Source of the DNA: Callorhinchus milii
Lineage: Eukaryota
Reading direction: 5' to 3'
Assembly (NCBI RefSeq): GCF_018977255.1
Contig: NW_024705355.1
Span: 1-52,040, forward strand
DNA length: 52,040 nucleotides
Part shown: positions 1 through 11,906 of the stretch, in pieces
How positions within the stretch are numbered: position 1 is the first letter of the stretch
Layout of the letters: the number at the start of each line of letters is the position of its first letter
Notes under the pieces: generated by a model
Database searches by the model: none
Seen by the model: only the letters and a program-made list of their open reading frames with translations
What the model was told of the DNA's origin: nothing
Program-made: the position numbers and the translations under genes

Positions 1-600
1 AGTCCATAATCCATGTCATGTGTGTATCTAAAGTAGATATCTTGTGTCACAGTCATATGTGTATGTGTGTGTAGGGCTATGTGTGTAGTCTATGTATGTG
101 TCATGTGTGTGTGTCTTAGTCCATATGTGTGTGTGTAGTACATATGTGTGTTTACGTCAATGTGTTTTTAGTCCACGTATTGCTGTGTGCGAGTCGGTGT
201 GTGTGTGTGAGTCGCTGTATGTGTGTACGTCCATATATGTGTGTGCAACTCCATGTGTGTATATCTCAAGTGGATGTCTGTGTGACAGTCCACATGTGTA
301 TGTGTGTGTACGGCAATGTGTGTGTGGTGTCACTCTATGTGTGTGTGTGTGGCTGTATGTGTGTACGTCGATATGTGTGTGTAACTCCATGTGTGCATTT
401 CTCAAGTGCATGTCTATGTGTGTGTGAGTCATATGTGTGTGTGTCTGTAAGTCGATGTGTTTGTGTGTGTCAGTCCATATGTGTGTGTCTCAGTCCATGT
501 GCGTGTGTGTTAGTCGCTGTGTGTGCATGCCTCCATGTTAGTCAGTGTAACTCCATTTCTTTGCGTGTCTGTAGGTCATGTGTGCATCTTAGTCCATGCG
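1..600. repeat. TG-rich degenerate simple repeat (Helitron internal)
   Basis: Low-complexity (TG)n/agtccatatgtgtg units. The Cys/Val-rich ORFs here are artefacts. Confidence 0.9.
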
Positions 601-1980
601 TCTGCTATATTGACCTGCTCAAGGCCTATGATACCATCAGTAGGCCTGGCCTCTGGGTTGCTCTTGTGCTTTCCGAGTCCGAACCCACTCATCACCATCC
701 TTAAGGACCTTCATGATGGTGAGCGGCCCGCATCTTAACTACGTGGCCGTGAGTCAGAGCCATTCCTGTACACCTTGGGGTGCAACAGGGATGTCCTCTG
801 GCTCCCGCATTGGACCACGTAGTTCGTCGACCTTCAATGCCTGTACTGGAATAATTCCATCTGCTACAGATACAATGGGAGGCTGATCGATGCCGGGTGC
901 GGTCAAGGGATGGCTCCCTGTTGCTCAACCACGTTAGTATGCCGATGATCTGCTAATGGCTGCTCACTCGGAGGAGGAGTTCGAGGTGCTGCTGCTGAAC
1001 CTGGAGCTTGCCACAACAGGTGGGGCCTTACCATCAGCCCAACCAAAGCTAAGCACCTGCCTGGCTATTTTGTACTATTGGACACTCCACCCCACAACTC
1101 CCAATTGGTGATGGGGCAGTTGTGGAGACAGTGGAGAGTTTCCCTGGGCAGTGTGCTAATGACCGCTCCGGTTTAACAGCAGAGGTCTCACTCCCAATCA
1201 GTCGAGCTGCAGTATCTTTTCATTAGCTGCGTAACGCTGTGTGGAAGCTACCTGCTCTATCACTCCGTACGAAGCTTGAGGTCTTCTCGGCCACGGTCAT
1301 TCCCTCCCTTCCTACGCTTGCGAAACTTGGACCCCCCTAATGGAACATCTTCGCCGGTTAGAAACGTTTAGGCTGGCCTGCCTACGATCCATCCTGGGTT
1401 TAACCAGGCTGCATTGTGTGAGGAGCTCAAAATCCTTGAAAGATGTGCACAAAGTCCATCGGTGACCTCTTCCAGGCAAGGCTGCGTTGCTGAGTCATGT
1501 AGCCGCATGGCCAGCCACCGCATTCCTAAACAGCTTTGTTCCGCGGATCAAGGGGCTAAACGGGTGCTGCACGGGCTGGAGAAGACATGGAGTGATGTGC
1601 TACAGGAGGACTTGGAGCTGAGTCCACTTGCGGATGACTGGTACGGCCGTGTCAAGATCGGCCACTGTGTAGGAGGCTCCTGAAGGACGCTACTGGCCAG
1701 TTGCAGCAGTCACCCTCCAACAACAACGGAGGCGGAAGGGAGCGACGCTCACAACAACGAGCAGAGTGCCGGGTGGCTAAAGCACAGAAGTTGCCACAGT
1801 AGGGGCCACAGGTGGTGCATCAGCCAGTCGTCTCAGTCAGTCGACCTGTGCCATCTGGGTTTGCCCCGTGACCTCTTCCAGCGGGCGTTCGACACTTCAC
1901 GTGGCCTCAAGGTGCACATAGCCTGGCACAAGCATTGTTGTGACATCACCGCCACTTAGTGGCAAATGGCGGTTTTTGTT
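600..1980 (+). pseudogene. RTE-clade LINE 3' fragment (RT core to C-terminal zinc finger), heavily frameshifted
   Basis: Fragments DLLKAYDTI, QGCPLAP, YADD (~938-949) and the CPVTS..RAFDTSRGLKVHIAWH finger. Near-identical to 19560-20960. Confidence 0.9.
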
Positions 1981-1993
1981 CAGTCTATGTATG

Positions 1994-2586
1994 TGTAGTG
2001 GCGGTACGCGCTGACAAAGGGGCGGCGTGCGTGTGAGCGCGCCGGGCGTGCTACATCAAGAGTGGTGGTGTTGACACGCGCCGACAGTGATGGATCACGG
2101 GGCGGCGCGGGTGCGTGGTTGTGCGCGCTGACACCATGTGGGAAATAGGATCGTAGGCAGCACGCAGTGATTGGTCAACTGGGTGGGTGCTCTCAGCGAC
2201 GTCCGCATGAAGGACTATAAAGGAGGACGCGCGGGAGCACTCGGGGAGTTGATAACCAGTTGAAGATCGAAGACGGAGCTGAAGAGATAGGGCCCGAGAC
2301 CCCTGGTCCGCGGTCCTTATAAGGGCCAGGACGCTGTGTGGTTCGGAGGCGAGGCTGTGGGACCCGTGGTCTGACGTCCATGTGGGACGAGGCTGTGGGA
2401 CCCAGAGTCGAGACGGATACCCCAGTTGGGTGGGTTCCGAGAGCTACGGGGCGTAAGAGCCCGTAAGGGTGTAGCCAAGGGAGCCCGTGTGTCAGGCTGT
2501 ACTTAGCCACCCGTGTAACGATAAGTTGGTGTTAATAAAAGGTGTGCAACCCGTGAAGTCGTCTCCCGCCAAGTTCATACTTTACA
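1994..2586 (+). mobile_element. Solo LTR (Gypsy-like, 593 bp)
   Basis: TGTA...TACA termini and 4-bp TSD TATG (1990-1993 / 2587-2590). Internal ATTGG (~2170), TATAAAA (~2216) and AATAAA (~2534). Absent from the homologous site at ~20970. Confidence 0.88.
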
Positions 2587-2953
2587 TATGTATGTGTGAG
2601 TCGATTTGTGCGTGTAACTCTATGTGTGTGCGAGTCCATTTGCGTGTGTAACTACGTGTGTCTGCCTTTTCGCCCGGGCAACACCAGGGACTAACCGCTA
2701 GTTTGAAATAAAACTCGTCAATTTGATACCTGAGCACGTGTTGGCAGCCTTTTTATTATCAAGTTCTGACATTCCAGACAATACATTTTAATTGGACCTC
2801 ATGGACTATTGTCAAGAAATTTATGCGTTTTTGTCATTAAGGTGCAGGCCTTTATTTTTCCAAACACGTTTGTGAAACACCCTCGAAGTTGTCTGCTTGG
2901 CATTGGAAAAATATGGTCACCTTGCATGTAATTTTGCTAAGTGGCTATTAAAG

Positions 2954-3150
2954 TAATCAACGTTTTAGGGTTTAGATCGCGTTATTTATAAATGTGTCGT
3001 AACCCTCCACCACCCGACACGGCCAATCAGTAAAAATGTGTCACGTTGACAGACAAATAGTTCACTGCTTTAGCCCACTGATTGGCCGTGTCGGGTGGAG
3101 GGTTACGCACATTTATAAATAACGCGATCTAAACCCAAAAACGTTGATTA
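2954..3150. mobile_element. MITE-like palindrome with ~75-bp terminal inverted repeats
   Basis: taatcaacgtttt...ggccaatcagt mirrored by actgattggcc...aaaacgttgatta. Absent from unit 2 (~10340-10355). Confidence 0.75.
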
Positions 3151-4360
3151 TGAATAACATTGGTCGCGAAAGCCTACGTGTTAAACAGGCAATTAAAGTG
3201 TTGTGCAATTCCGATTTTACCATGTTTCAAGCCAATATTGGCCTCCCGGAGAGCTTTGATGATCAGCTATTTCTAGTCGTTTCTATTAGTCGTCCACAAC
3301 ACTTAAGGTGCTGGAAGTTTTACATTGTGCTTATTAGCTGCAGCGTGGATCATAGGCCACTACAGATCAAATGATCACTTCTGAGGATGCCGTTTGAGTT
3401 CAGACACGAATAGTATCGACCGGTGTCAGATTATCCTTGGCACAAAAGTAGCTACATATGCTACAGGCCCCGTACCTTCTTCGGCCTCGCGCCAAATGCG
3501 TTCAATCAATTCCGGTTCAGCAATTCCTCACTGTTACTATGCCTTCAACTGTGATGAACGACCGTTAAGGTTAGTTGTTATATTCTGGCTATATATCAAA
3601 TGAAAACATGGTGGTATTTGTTTCAGGCCCAAGATATGGGCCAGGCCCTGCACAAGCTTAATCGGCACGGATATTGGCATAGAGTTCCAGGACTAGGATC
3701 TTCAAAGGGACAGTCATGTAAAAATGTGAAGCAATGGGGCCCTAAACACGTTCCTTCGGAGCAGGCAGGTAGGAACTTGGTTGGACAGCGCATTCGTGCG
3801 ATCCGTGTCACGCAGCAAAAGCTACGTGGGGCGGCGTGTCACGCGGTGCCATGCCCGCCCAAAGCGCTCCATGAAATACAAATCGAGGGCGTGGCTATGC
3901 ACGACAAACAAGCCCTTGTGGGCTGTGGGAACTGTTGTTCCTACCTTTATTATGCCTCTACATGGTCCACAGCTAGCACATACTTGCGCACCCAATATAT
4001 CATAGAGTCCTTAGACGAAACACCACAGCCAAGTAGTAAGGTTCGGTCATGTGTACAGCACGGTTGAAGTAATGCACCACAATCATAGAGAACGGTGTCA
4101 CCAGTAATTGCAAGCATAAAAATAAGGCAATAGTCTGCTCTGTCAAGGTCTTGGTAATTTGCACTACTTCACATCATGCGAGATGGCACTGGTCCGATGC
4201 TGGGCCTCAAACTGGAATATTTGTAGCTACAAGCAGCATCACCATGAAGGTCACCAAGATCTAGAAAAATGTAACCTTTCAATTCCATGTTTATGTCAGC
4301 CAGTGTCACAAGTGGAAAGCATGCAAGGCGACCAGGTGAAAAACCAGTTTGAATCCATGC

Positions 4361-4366
4361 TTTATT
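4361..4366 (-). terminator. Polyadenylation signal of ZP copy 1
   Basis: AATAAA on the minus strand ~30 nt after the stop codon; conserved in copy 2. Confidence 0.65.
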
Positions 4367-4396
4367 TTCATCACGTGCACACGTTAAACATCTGCA

Positions 4397-7300
4397 TCAC
4401 TTCTTAGCCAGCATCTTCTTTGAAGCAAAGCCCAAGGCCACAAGGACGATGGAAGCAATCGCTGCAATGGCCACAACACCAGGGTAGTCCAGGACCTCCG
4501 CTGCAAATTGGAAAAGGCAACTGGGTAAGGCGACGTATAGAAACATGTCTGCAACTGGACATTTGTATACGTTTAACATGAAAATTGGTTTCCAAATATA
4601 GAACCCTGTAAGACCCATTTTAGCCTGTGGTAGGAGTTCTAAAATACGGATTTAAATGTATAAACCCTAAAGTAAATAGGAAACCGTATTGAACTGGTAA
4701 AAGGACAAGCGTAAAAAACGCACAGCGGGATAGGGCGGCATCCTCGCTGTAGACAAAGGGTCCTCTGGTGAAGATGTAGACCGGGGTATCCACGGTTTCC
4801 AAGCTGCTCCTCCTTTTCCTGGCCAGACATCCTTGCTGGCAGCGAGAGGCAGTCAAAGAAGCCTTGCAAGCTATCAATGCAGCGTGGATGTACACCTGCA
4901 GGAGTGAAAGGGAGGTTTAAATAAACAGCACGTGCAATTTAAGGGGATGTGAACGCCCCAGGAGACACCCAATCGAATCATTAGCAAACAATGTTTTACC
5001 AGTGGGACCGTTGGGCCAGTCCAAGTTGATAAAATGAGGAAAACCCATTGCAGAACAGAAGTTCTAAATTAGACAATGAGGCAGAGTTGTAAATTTTCCC
5101 CAGGCCATTCTTGATGCAAGGCAAAGCATAGCCAAGACTCGGCCCTAGCACTCGAAGTTCATGATCGCTTTTACCATGGTGGGACATTGAGCTCACGTAT
5201 TTTTTATCTTGAGCAGTGAAGGCGAAGGCTGGGAAGGTGAAGCGGCGGGCAGTGGCGGTGACGGTGACGTTCACAGTGCTGTCACGCAGACACCTACAGA
5301 AAGAAAAAGGCCACAGATTAGGCAAGAAAGAGGCTCAAGTACACTTCAGCCAGTGTCAAGCGCGAGAATAGAAAAACGACGCACCCTTCTTTCACGAGAT
5401 AATATTTCAGCGGATCAAGGGGGCTATTGGTGGGAGTCGCGTAGAGGTCGACGGTGAACAGGGAAAGGTCGAGGCCGGTCTTGAGGGACAACTGGAGATA
5501 GAGGGTTTGACGCAGCTGCACCACTAGGGGGTAGTCGGTGGGCAGGTATGGCGCCAGGAACGTTGAGCTTTTGTAGAAATCCATCTTCAGTTCCAGTTCA
5601 GCATAGACGGTCTGGTTGAGCACAACCTTGGTGCTGTTGGGCTGGAGTGCTAAAGACGACAAGAGCTCCGTCCTCGGAATCTTGCAGCTAGTATAAAAAT
5701 GAAGGGGATAATGCAAAGAAAAGCGCATCAGTGTCTAGGTCTGAAAAATAAATCCTATCATTACAATAGCAGAGTTTAGTTCAAACTACGGTGCATCAAG
5801 TCCCTCTCCTCAAAATGGGTCACGTGAACAAGGACCAATCATGTTTTTCAGTTCGGCAGTCAGTTGTGAACCAAATGATAAATTAGCTTTTGGAGAAGAC
5901 TTTCATTTGAAAGCATGCCAATATCCAGGAAATTAACGGAAGGGGTCGTTACGACAGGCTTGGTCACGCCATTACGTGGCATAGCAATAATGACGTTTAG
6001 GAAACCGAGCATCTACGTGTCAAGCATGGGTTTTGGTCACATACATTGCATTGACCATGATGTACACGAAGTCGTAGGTGATGATGCCGAACGTGGTACT
6101 GGGCAGAGAAATCGTTTGAGAGAAGACGAGGTCTGTGCTGGTTTCCTGTGGGGGGAAGATACAAGGCCGATTGGAATCGATTGAAAAAAAGCAGGCAGTC
6201 AAGTTAAAGCACTTATATAAAAAGTTAATATTGGAGACCTCAAAGACGGTGCCACATTCTCCGAGCGAGATGTTGAACGTGATGTACGGCCCAGTTTCTG
6301 TCAATCTGCATGCAGGAGTTGCAGAGTTCATGACGAGATCAGATGCGCCATAGCCCAGCAGGACGCTTTTCGCGATCTTCGCAGACATCCTCTCCTTGAC
6401 GCACTCCACCTCGTAGGTGACACCTGTAAAGACGTTCAATGAGACCCACGGACATCAGGTCATGAAATTTAGCACCGCACATGGATATACAAAGTGTCTA
6501 ATGATGGCACTCGCAAAGAGCAGCCCAATACGTAACTAAAATGAGAAACCCCACAAATAATAGCGCAGGTCAGAATTAATTCTACGAAATGCATTGCATG
6601 TTGATTAAATTTTGCTAGTGCTCCGTGTAAAAGCAGAAGGGTTTGCATATTGCAAACTTTGTATATTGAACTTCCACAATGTAAAAAAGAGATTTTTACG
6701 TAGTTCAAAACATGCGTTTGTGTCCTTAACAATATTGCAAGTAAATATGTAATGCTTGTTTGTACCAACTATACATCACGCAACTTTGTTGCCCCCCAAC
6801 CCCCAGCACAAATCCTACAAATCTGCAATATGAGAATTAAACAAACCAGTGCGTATTCTTTAGGTCTTTCTAAAAAACCACGTAGATTTAAAAATTAAAT
6901 AAAAGCACGAAGTTTCGATCGCAACAAGCAATCGTCAGAGGTGAAAAAAATTAACCCGCAAAAACAAAGTCTTTCACTATAAATCCTTTATATGCGTGGC
7001 GGCTAGAGTCCTCTCGTCCTTTGGCTTGAGATGGCTGCCACCTATGGGTCAGATGATTGCCTGCCACCATTAAGCAATTGGTAATTAAATATAATTTTAT
7101 TTTTTCCTAGAGTCTGTGCAAAATGTCAGCTCTATTGGAGCACGGGAAGTGGGTTAAAAAACGACCGAAAGATTTGCACGGTCGTAAGCGAACTTAATAT
7201 AAAGGATTTAAAAATAAGAGCTGTTGAGGCAGGATGTTACAAAGGGTTGAGATGGGTGTAGTCCAAGGATCAGCGAAGTGGGCGGGGCCAGAGATTAAAT

Positions 7301-8530
7301 TTGCAGACGAGGTATACTGCATCGCAATTGAGATTGTCTTAGGTGGCAGTCCTGTGTCACGTGCAAAGCATTGTGCATTACCCGCAGGGATTGTAGATGG
7401 CGGCAATTCCTCATCATCGATAGCCCTCAAGCCACGGTTGGCAGCTCGATGTCCTTCAAGGAGAAGCACAACAGCTGGGTTAAAATTTGGCATTTAAAAA
7501 GCAAAAGGTATAAAGCCTTCACTGGCGCAACAGCATTTCCTCCATTTAGTCCTGACGCTTGCTCGAGTATGCCACACCATTCTTGACCGATAGATTTGTC
7601 CGGCAACCAGGGAGATCCACGTTTGTTAGGACGTTAAATCTTATTTTACAGGAATACTAGGCGAGTCGAATGGATTGCATGCATGGAGGCGTTGATGAAC
7701 GGCAAGGAAACAAAGAGAAGCAAGTTGGCTATTATGCACAAGCGAATGCAAATGGTATTGGGCAAACATTCTTACGACACGAAAACCCTGCCAATGGCGG
7801 TGGTTTCGGTCGACAAATCTGACTTTATACGAAAGAACGTTCGAATCACCGTCTCACTTCAGGTTAATCCAAAATCAATTCAAACAGGACCAAATAAGCC
7901 GGGATGTAAAGTAGGACTAATATTCCGAACTTTTTTCAATATGTGTTGCATAGTAAGTGTGTTGAATAAAAATACGCCCTAAAAGTAGCGTGTAGTACAC
8001 GTACTGCACACCACGATAAGCGTACGTGGCTGAAACGACACACGACCTGGAACCAGCAATGGGCTGCATTGGAGACAAGATGGCGCGTGTGCTTCTGCAG
8101 CAGCGCAGACTAATCGCATACGCGAATGTTGCAGTCAAATTAACTAGGGCCACCATTAGAGTTCACTCAATGGGGATTACACGTAACAGACGTTTATTAA
8201 AACTTGCCAGGCCAAGTCTGAGAAATGGAATATATTCTTAGGCGACGTTGAGTAAATCACTAATAACAAAGCACGCAAGACCGAGTTCGATACATTAAAG
8301 CAATTCAAATATTGTACTGCATTTCTGTTCGATAGTTTCTGAAATCAATAGGTTTCATTGCCAAGCGTACGAGTTGCGATGAGAGCTGTACTACGCTTAA
8401 CAACTTACTCTTCACAAGCTTAAAATTACGCAGCGAGTGACGTGTGAGAAGCCTCACCTACGAAGCCCGGATCCGCAGACAAAACACCGACTGCGCAGAG
8501 CACCACGACCCAGAAAAGCAGAGACTCCAT
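4397..8530 (-). CDS. ZP-domain (zona pellucida/egg-coat-like) membrane protein precursor, copy 1; 7 exons, 344 aa
   Basis: Exons 8530-8458, 6423-6239, 6145-6045, 5687-5385, 5293-5197, 4895-4724, 4500-4397. All GT-AG with consistent phases, 1035 nt total. Signal peptide MESLLFWVVVLCAVGVLS; ZP-N with 4 Cys (VECVK, PACRL, GECGT, AICKI); IHP-like ELKMDFYK; YATP motif; furin site RKRR; EHP-like FTRGPFVY; TM VVAIAAIASIVLVALGFA. Confidence 0.92.
6850..7600 (-). mobile_element. Degenerate Penelope-like element in ZP intron 1 (decayed hammerhead ~6905-6945), interrupted by a second insertion
   Basis: Shares the hammerhead and tail blocks with the other copies, and gctgttgaggcagg...gatgggtgtagtcca with ~31670. 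Orthologous to ~14320-14760. Confidence 0.6.
6950..7212. mobile_element. Small non-autonomous element (Helentron/DINE-1-like)
   Basis: Subterminal inverted repeat aaatcctttata / tataaaggattt. Inserted in an A/T run with no TSD, absent from unit 2 at ~14400. A related copy lies at a different site (11278-11608). Confidence 0.5.
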
Positions 8531-8575
8531 TTGATTATCAAGTGAGAGACAAGAGAGCGGGGGTCTTATTCGGCC

Positions 8576-8727
8576 ATTTATAGTCGCTGAGGTGTTCCTT
8601 CTGATTGGTAGCAGTGGCACGCTGTTCAATTACCTCGTGTCTCTCATCGATGCTTTGTGTTTCGATTACAATGCACTTACTTGAGTCTGGTATGCAGCCA
8701 TTACACCTCAATTAAGGAGCTCAGGTG
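8576..8727 (-). promoter_or_regulatory. ZP copy 1 proximal promoter: TATA, CCAAT, E-box
   Basis: TATAAAT 8582-8576, CCAAT 8608-8604, CANNTG E-box 8722-8727 (~190 bp upstream of ATG). All conserved in copy 2. Confidence 0.65.
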
Positions 8728-9206
8728 AATGAGAACATGTTGCTTGCTTGTAGTAATTAAATGTTTTGATTATTTTTCAACAATAAGGGGTGTGGCATCA
8801 AATATGGAACCTTAATTGAATTTGCTAAATTGTATACATCAATAAAAAATCACACTCTTCCCATATTATAAACGTACATATTAAAAGGATTCATGTAATC
8901 AAATATTTTTAAATGTGTGGGATATCGCAAGTTCTTCAGGGACTGAGCCTGGTTTTGGATGGGTGCACACCAGTGCAAGATACCTCGGCCTTGCGATGAA
9001 GCCAAGACATGGTAGTACATAAATTGACGCACTTTACGGGAAGAGTTTTGCATTAATTTGGTCTGTTTTAGGATTGAATTTGTCTTTTTATAGCTTCAAA
9101 TGCTATGGTCTTGTATTCGTGGGTTTTCTTTGGTTACTCTGGCATCCTCCCACGTGCCTTCAGAATGGAAGTGGCTAAACAACCCAAAGCAAAACATCTG
9201 CCTTAA

Positions 9207-9603
9207 GGGGCCGTCCATAAATTACGTCACGCGATTTTGGACGATTTTGACCCCCCCCCCCCATCGTCACACGGCGTCACAAAGTCAGACCCCCCCTCAT
9301 ATATGACATCACAAAGCTCTGCCCCCCCCCCCAAAAAAAAAAACATGCTTCAAGTCGCTTTAAACTATTGTCATTGTAGTGATTATTTAATGTGGCGCTG
9401 CACTCTGATGTTGTAGGAGAATACTTTTTTTTAAAGTATATTTAATTAAATGCAACGTAGTGTTGTCTATATTTATTTAAAGTTGCGCATTTTGATGTGA
9501 CGTCACATTTCTCAACCCTGCCCCCCCCCTCCTCTCGTCACACATCGTCACAAATGTCTGACCCACCCCCCCCAGGTGCGTGACGTCATTTATGGACGGC
9601 CCC
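9207..9603. mobile_element. PIF/Harbinger-type MITE
   Basis: TIRs ggggccgtccataaattacgtcacgc / gcgtgacgtcatttatggacggcccc, with 3-bp TSD TAA (9204-9206, 9604-9606). Confidence 0.88.
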
Positions 9604-11277
9604 TAATACTTATCGCGGCTTCCCTGGTGGAATATATAGCATTGCAAAAGTGTATTATTACTCTTTATAATGCAATAATCATTATCAACGTTAAATCCGC
9701 GGCTGGATGAAAGCCTCGACAAAACGCAGCCACTTCTAACGACCCCTTGGTGCAATAATCTGCCTTGCACCTGCAAATTAACTGATTTTCTCGCTCCATC
9801 TCCCTGCCGGATACCCTCTCAGATGAGTTGCATTGCTTGAATGTCTCGGTTATTCAATTCCCCCAGTCATAAGTAACTCCCTGTAGGAGAACCTAAACGA
9901 TTATTTACAGACCACCAACGTAATTTACACAATTACTAGTGACTTTCCTATAAAGCATGTTAATGTGTGAACGTTGATGGACCAATTTTATAGCGAAGAC
10001 ACACCTCGTTTTGCAAAAAACTATATTGATGTTATTGGTAAGGCAGTACAGATCATTACACACACAGAAATAATCTTAACCATATTTTAATTACTTTCAT
10101 TTTTATTTGAATTTAAACTTTGACATTTTGATACCTGAGCACGTGTTGGTGGCCTTTTCTGTCAAGTTCTAACATTTCAGGCAATACATTTTAATTGGGC
10201 CTCATGAACTATTGTCAAGAAATTTGTGCGTTATCGTTATCCAGGTGCAAGCCGTTATTTTTTCAAACCACGTTTGTGAAAAACCCTCGAAGTTGTCTTC
10301 TTGGCATTGAAAAAATATGGTCGCCTTGTATGTTATTTTTCCAACAGTGTGGCCTCCGGGGAAAGCTTTGATGATCAGCCATTTCTATTCATTTCTATTT
10401 GTAGTCCACACCTCTTCAGCACAATGTAAAACTTACAGCACCTTATTAGCTGTAGCGTGGATCATAGGCTACTATAGATCAAATGGTCACTTCCGAGGAT
10501 GGCGTTTGAGTAGACACGAATAGCATTGACCAGTGCCAGATTATCCTTGGAGCAAAGTAACTACATATGCTACGGGCCCCGTACCCTCTTCGGCCTCGCG
10601 CCAAATACTTTCAAGCCATCAATTCCGGATCGGCAATTCTTCACTTGCTCTGTTACGATGCCGTCAACGGTTATGAACGACCGGTTTTAAGCTTAGTTAA
10701 TTTGTCATTATTCGACTGTATAGCAAATGAAAATATTACTTTAAAAGTAAAAAAAATGGGTGCGTTTTTTTTATTTCGGGCCCAAAAATATGCTACAGGC
10801 CCATGCACGAGCTTCATCCGGCAGTGATCTCGGCATAGAGTTCCACGATTCTAGGATCTTCAACGGGAGTCCCTGTAAACCAATGAGGCCCTAAACACGT
10901 TCCTTTCGGAGTGGGCAGGTAGGAACTTGGTTGGACAGCGCATTTGTGCGATCCGTGTCACGCAGCAAAAGCTGCGTGGGGCGGCGTGTCACGTGGTGCC
11001 GAGCCCTCCCAAAGCGCTCCACGAAATACAAATCAAGGGTGTGGCTATGCACGACAAACAAGCCCTTGTGGCAGTCTGGAACTGTTGTTCCTATCTTTAT
11101 TACGCCTCTACATGGCCCACAACACCTTGCACATGCTTGCGCACCCAATATTATCATAGCGTCCTTAGACGAAACACCACAGCCAAGTAGTAAGGTTTGG
11201 TCATGTGTACAGCACGGCTGAAGTAAATGCACCATTCATAGAGAACGGTGTCACCAGCAATTGCAACTGTAAAAAAA

Positions 11278-11608
11278 TAACCCGTAAAACCAAAGTATTT
11301 CACTACAAATCCTTTATATGCGTGTTCAATGGGCCACAACCCAGCCCACATTGGTCTTTGAAACGGGCAGCTAGAGTCTTCTCGTCCTCTGGCTTGGGAT
11401 GCCTGCCACCATTAAGCAATTGGTAATTAAATATAATTCTCTTTTCCTAAAAAGTGGAAAATTTTGGAATCTTTTTTTCACGAAAATAAATTGCAACGCA
11501 CAATGAGTCTGTGTGCAAAGTGTCAGCTCGAGTGGATCACGGGAAGTGGGTTAAACGACCGAAAGATTTGCACGGTCGTAAGCAAGCGAGTGAACTTAAT
11601 ATAGAATT
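11278..11608. mobile_element. Second copy of the small Helentron/DINE-1-like element
   Basis: Homologous to 6950-7212. Inserted in an A-run that is empty in unit 1 (~4115-4125). Confidence 0.5.
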
Positions 11609-11868
11609 AATAAGGCAATAGCCTGCTCTGTCAATGTCTTGCTAATTTGCTCTACTTCACGTCATGCGAGATGCCACTGGTCCGATGCTGGGCCTCAAAC
11701 TGGAATATTTGTAGCTACAAGCAGCATCACCATGAAGGTGACCAAAATGTAATCTTTCAATTCCATGTTTGTCAGCCAGTGTCACAAGTGGAAAGAATGC
11801 AAGGCGACCAGGTGAAGACGTTTCATAAATAAGCCGCATTAAAGTCATAAACCAGTTTGAATCCATGC

Positions 11869-11874
11869 TTTATT
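11869..11874 (-). terminator. Polyadenylation signal of ZP copy 2
   Basis: AATAAA on the minus strand ~30 nt after the stop codon. Confidence 0.65.
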
Positions 11875-11906
11875 TCCCATCACGTGCACACGTTAAACAT
11901 CTGCAA

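Larger units (their letters stand above)
1..2701 (+). mobile_element. Non-autonomous Helitron copy 1 (5' end outside window), carrying a TG-rich tract and an RTE-LINE fragment
   Basis: Collinear with ~18940-21090. Ends with a degenerate GC hairpin (cgcccgggcaacaccaggg) followed by CTAG (2698-2701) and T, the canonical Helitron 3' end. Confidence 0.8.
2702..10105. repeat. Tandem duplication unit 1 (~7.4 kb) containing ZP gene copy 1
   Basis: Collinear with 10106-17574 throughout, e.g. tttgatacctgagcacgtgttgg at ~2722 and ~10127. Confidence 0.95.

Noticed and set aside
92..704. Cys/Val-rich ORFs (also 19098-19472 and 23736-24211)
   Set aside because: Translations of TG/TC microsatellite-like DNA.
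3600..4067. 155-aa ORF in duplication unit 1
   Set aside because: The frame is not preserved in unit 2 and no domain is recognisable.
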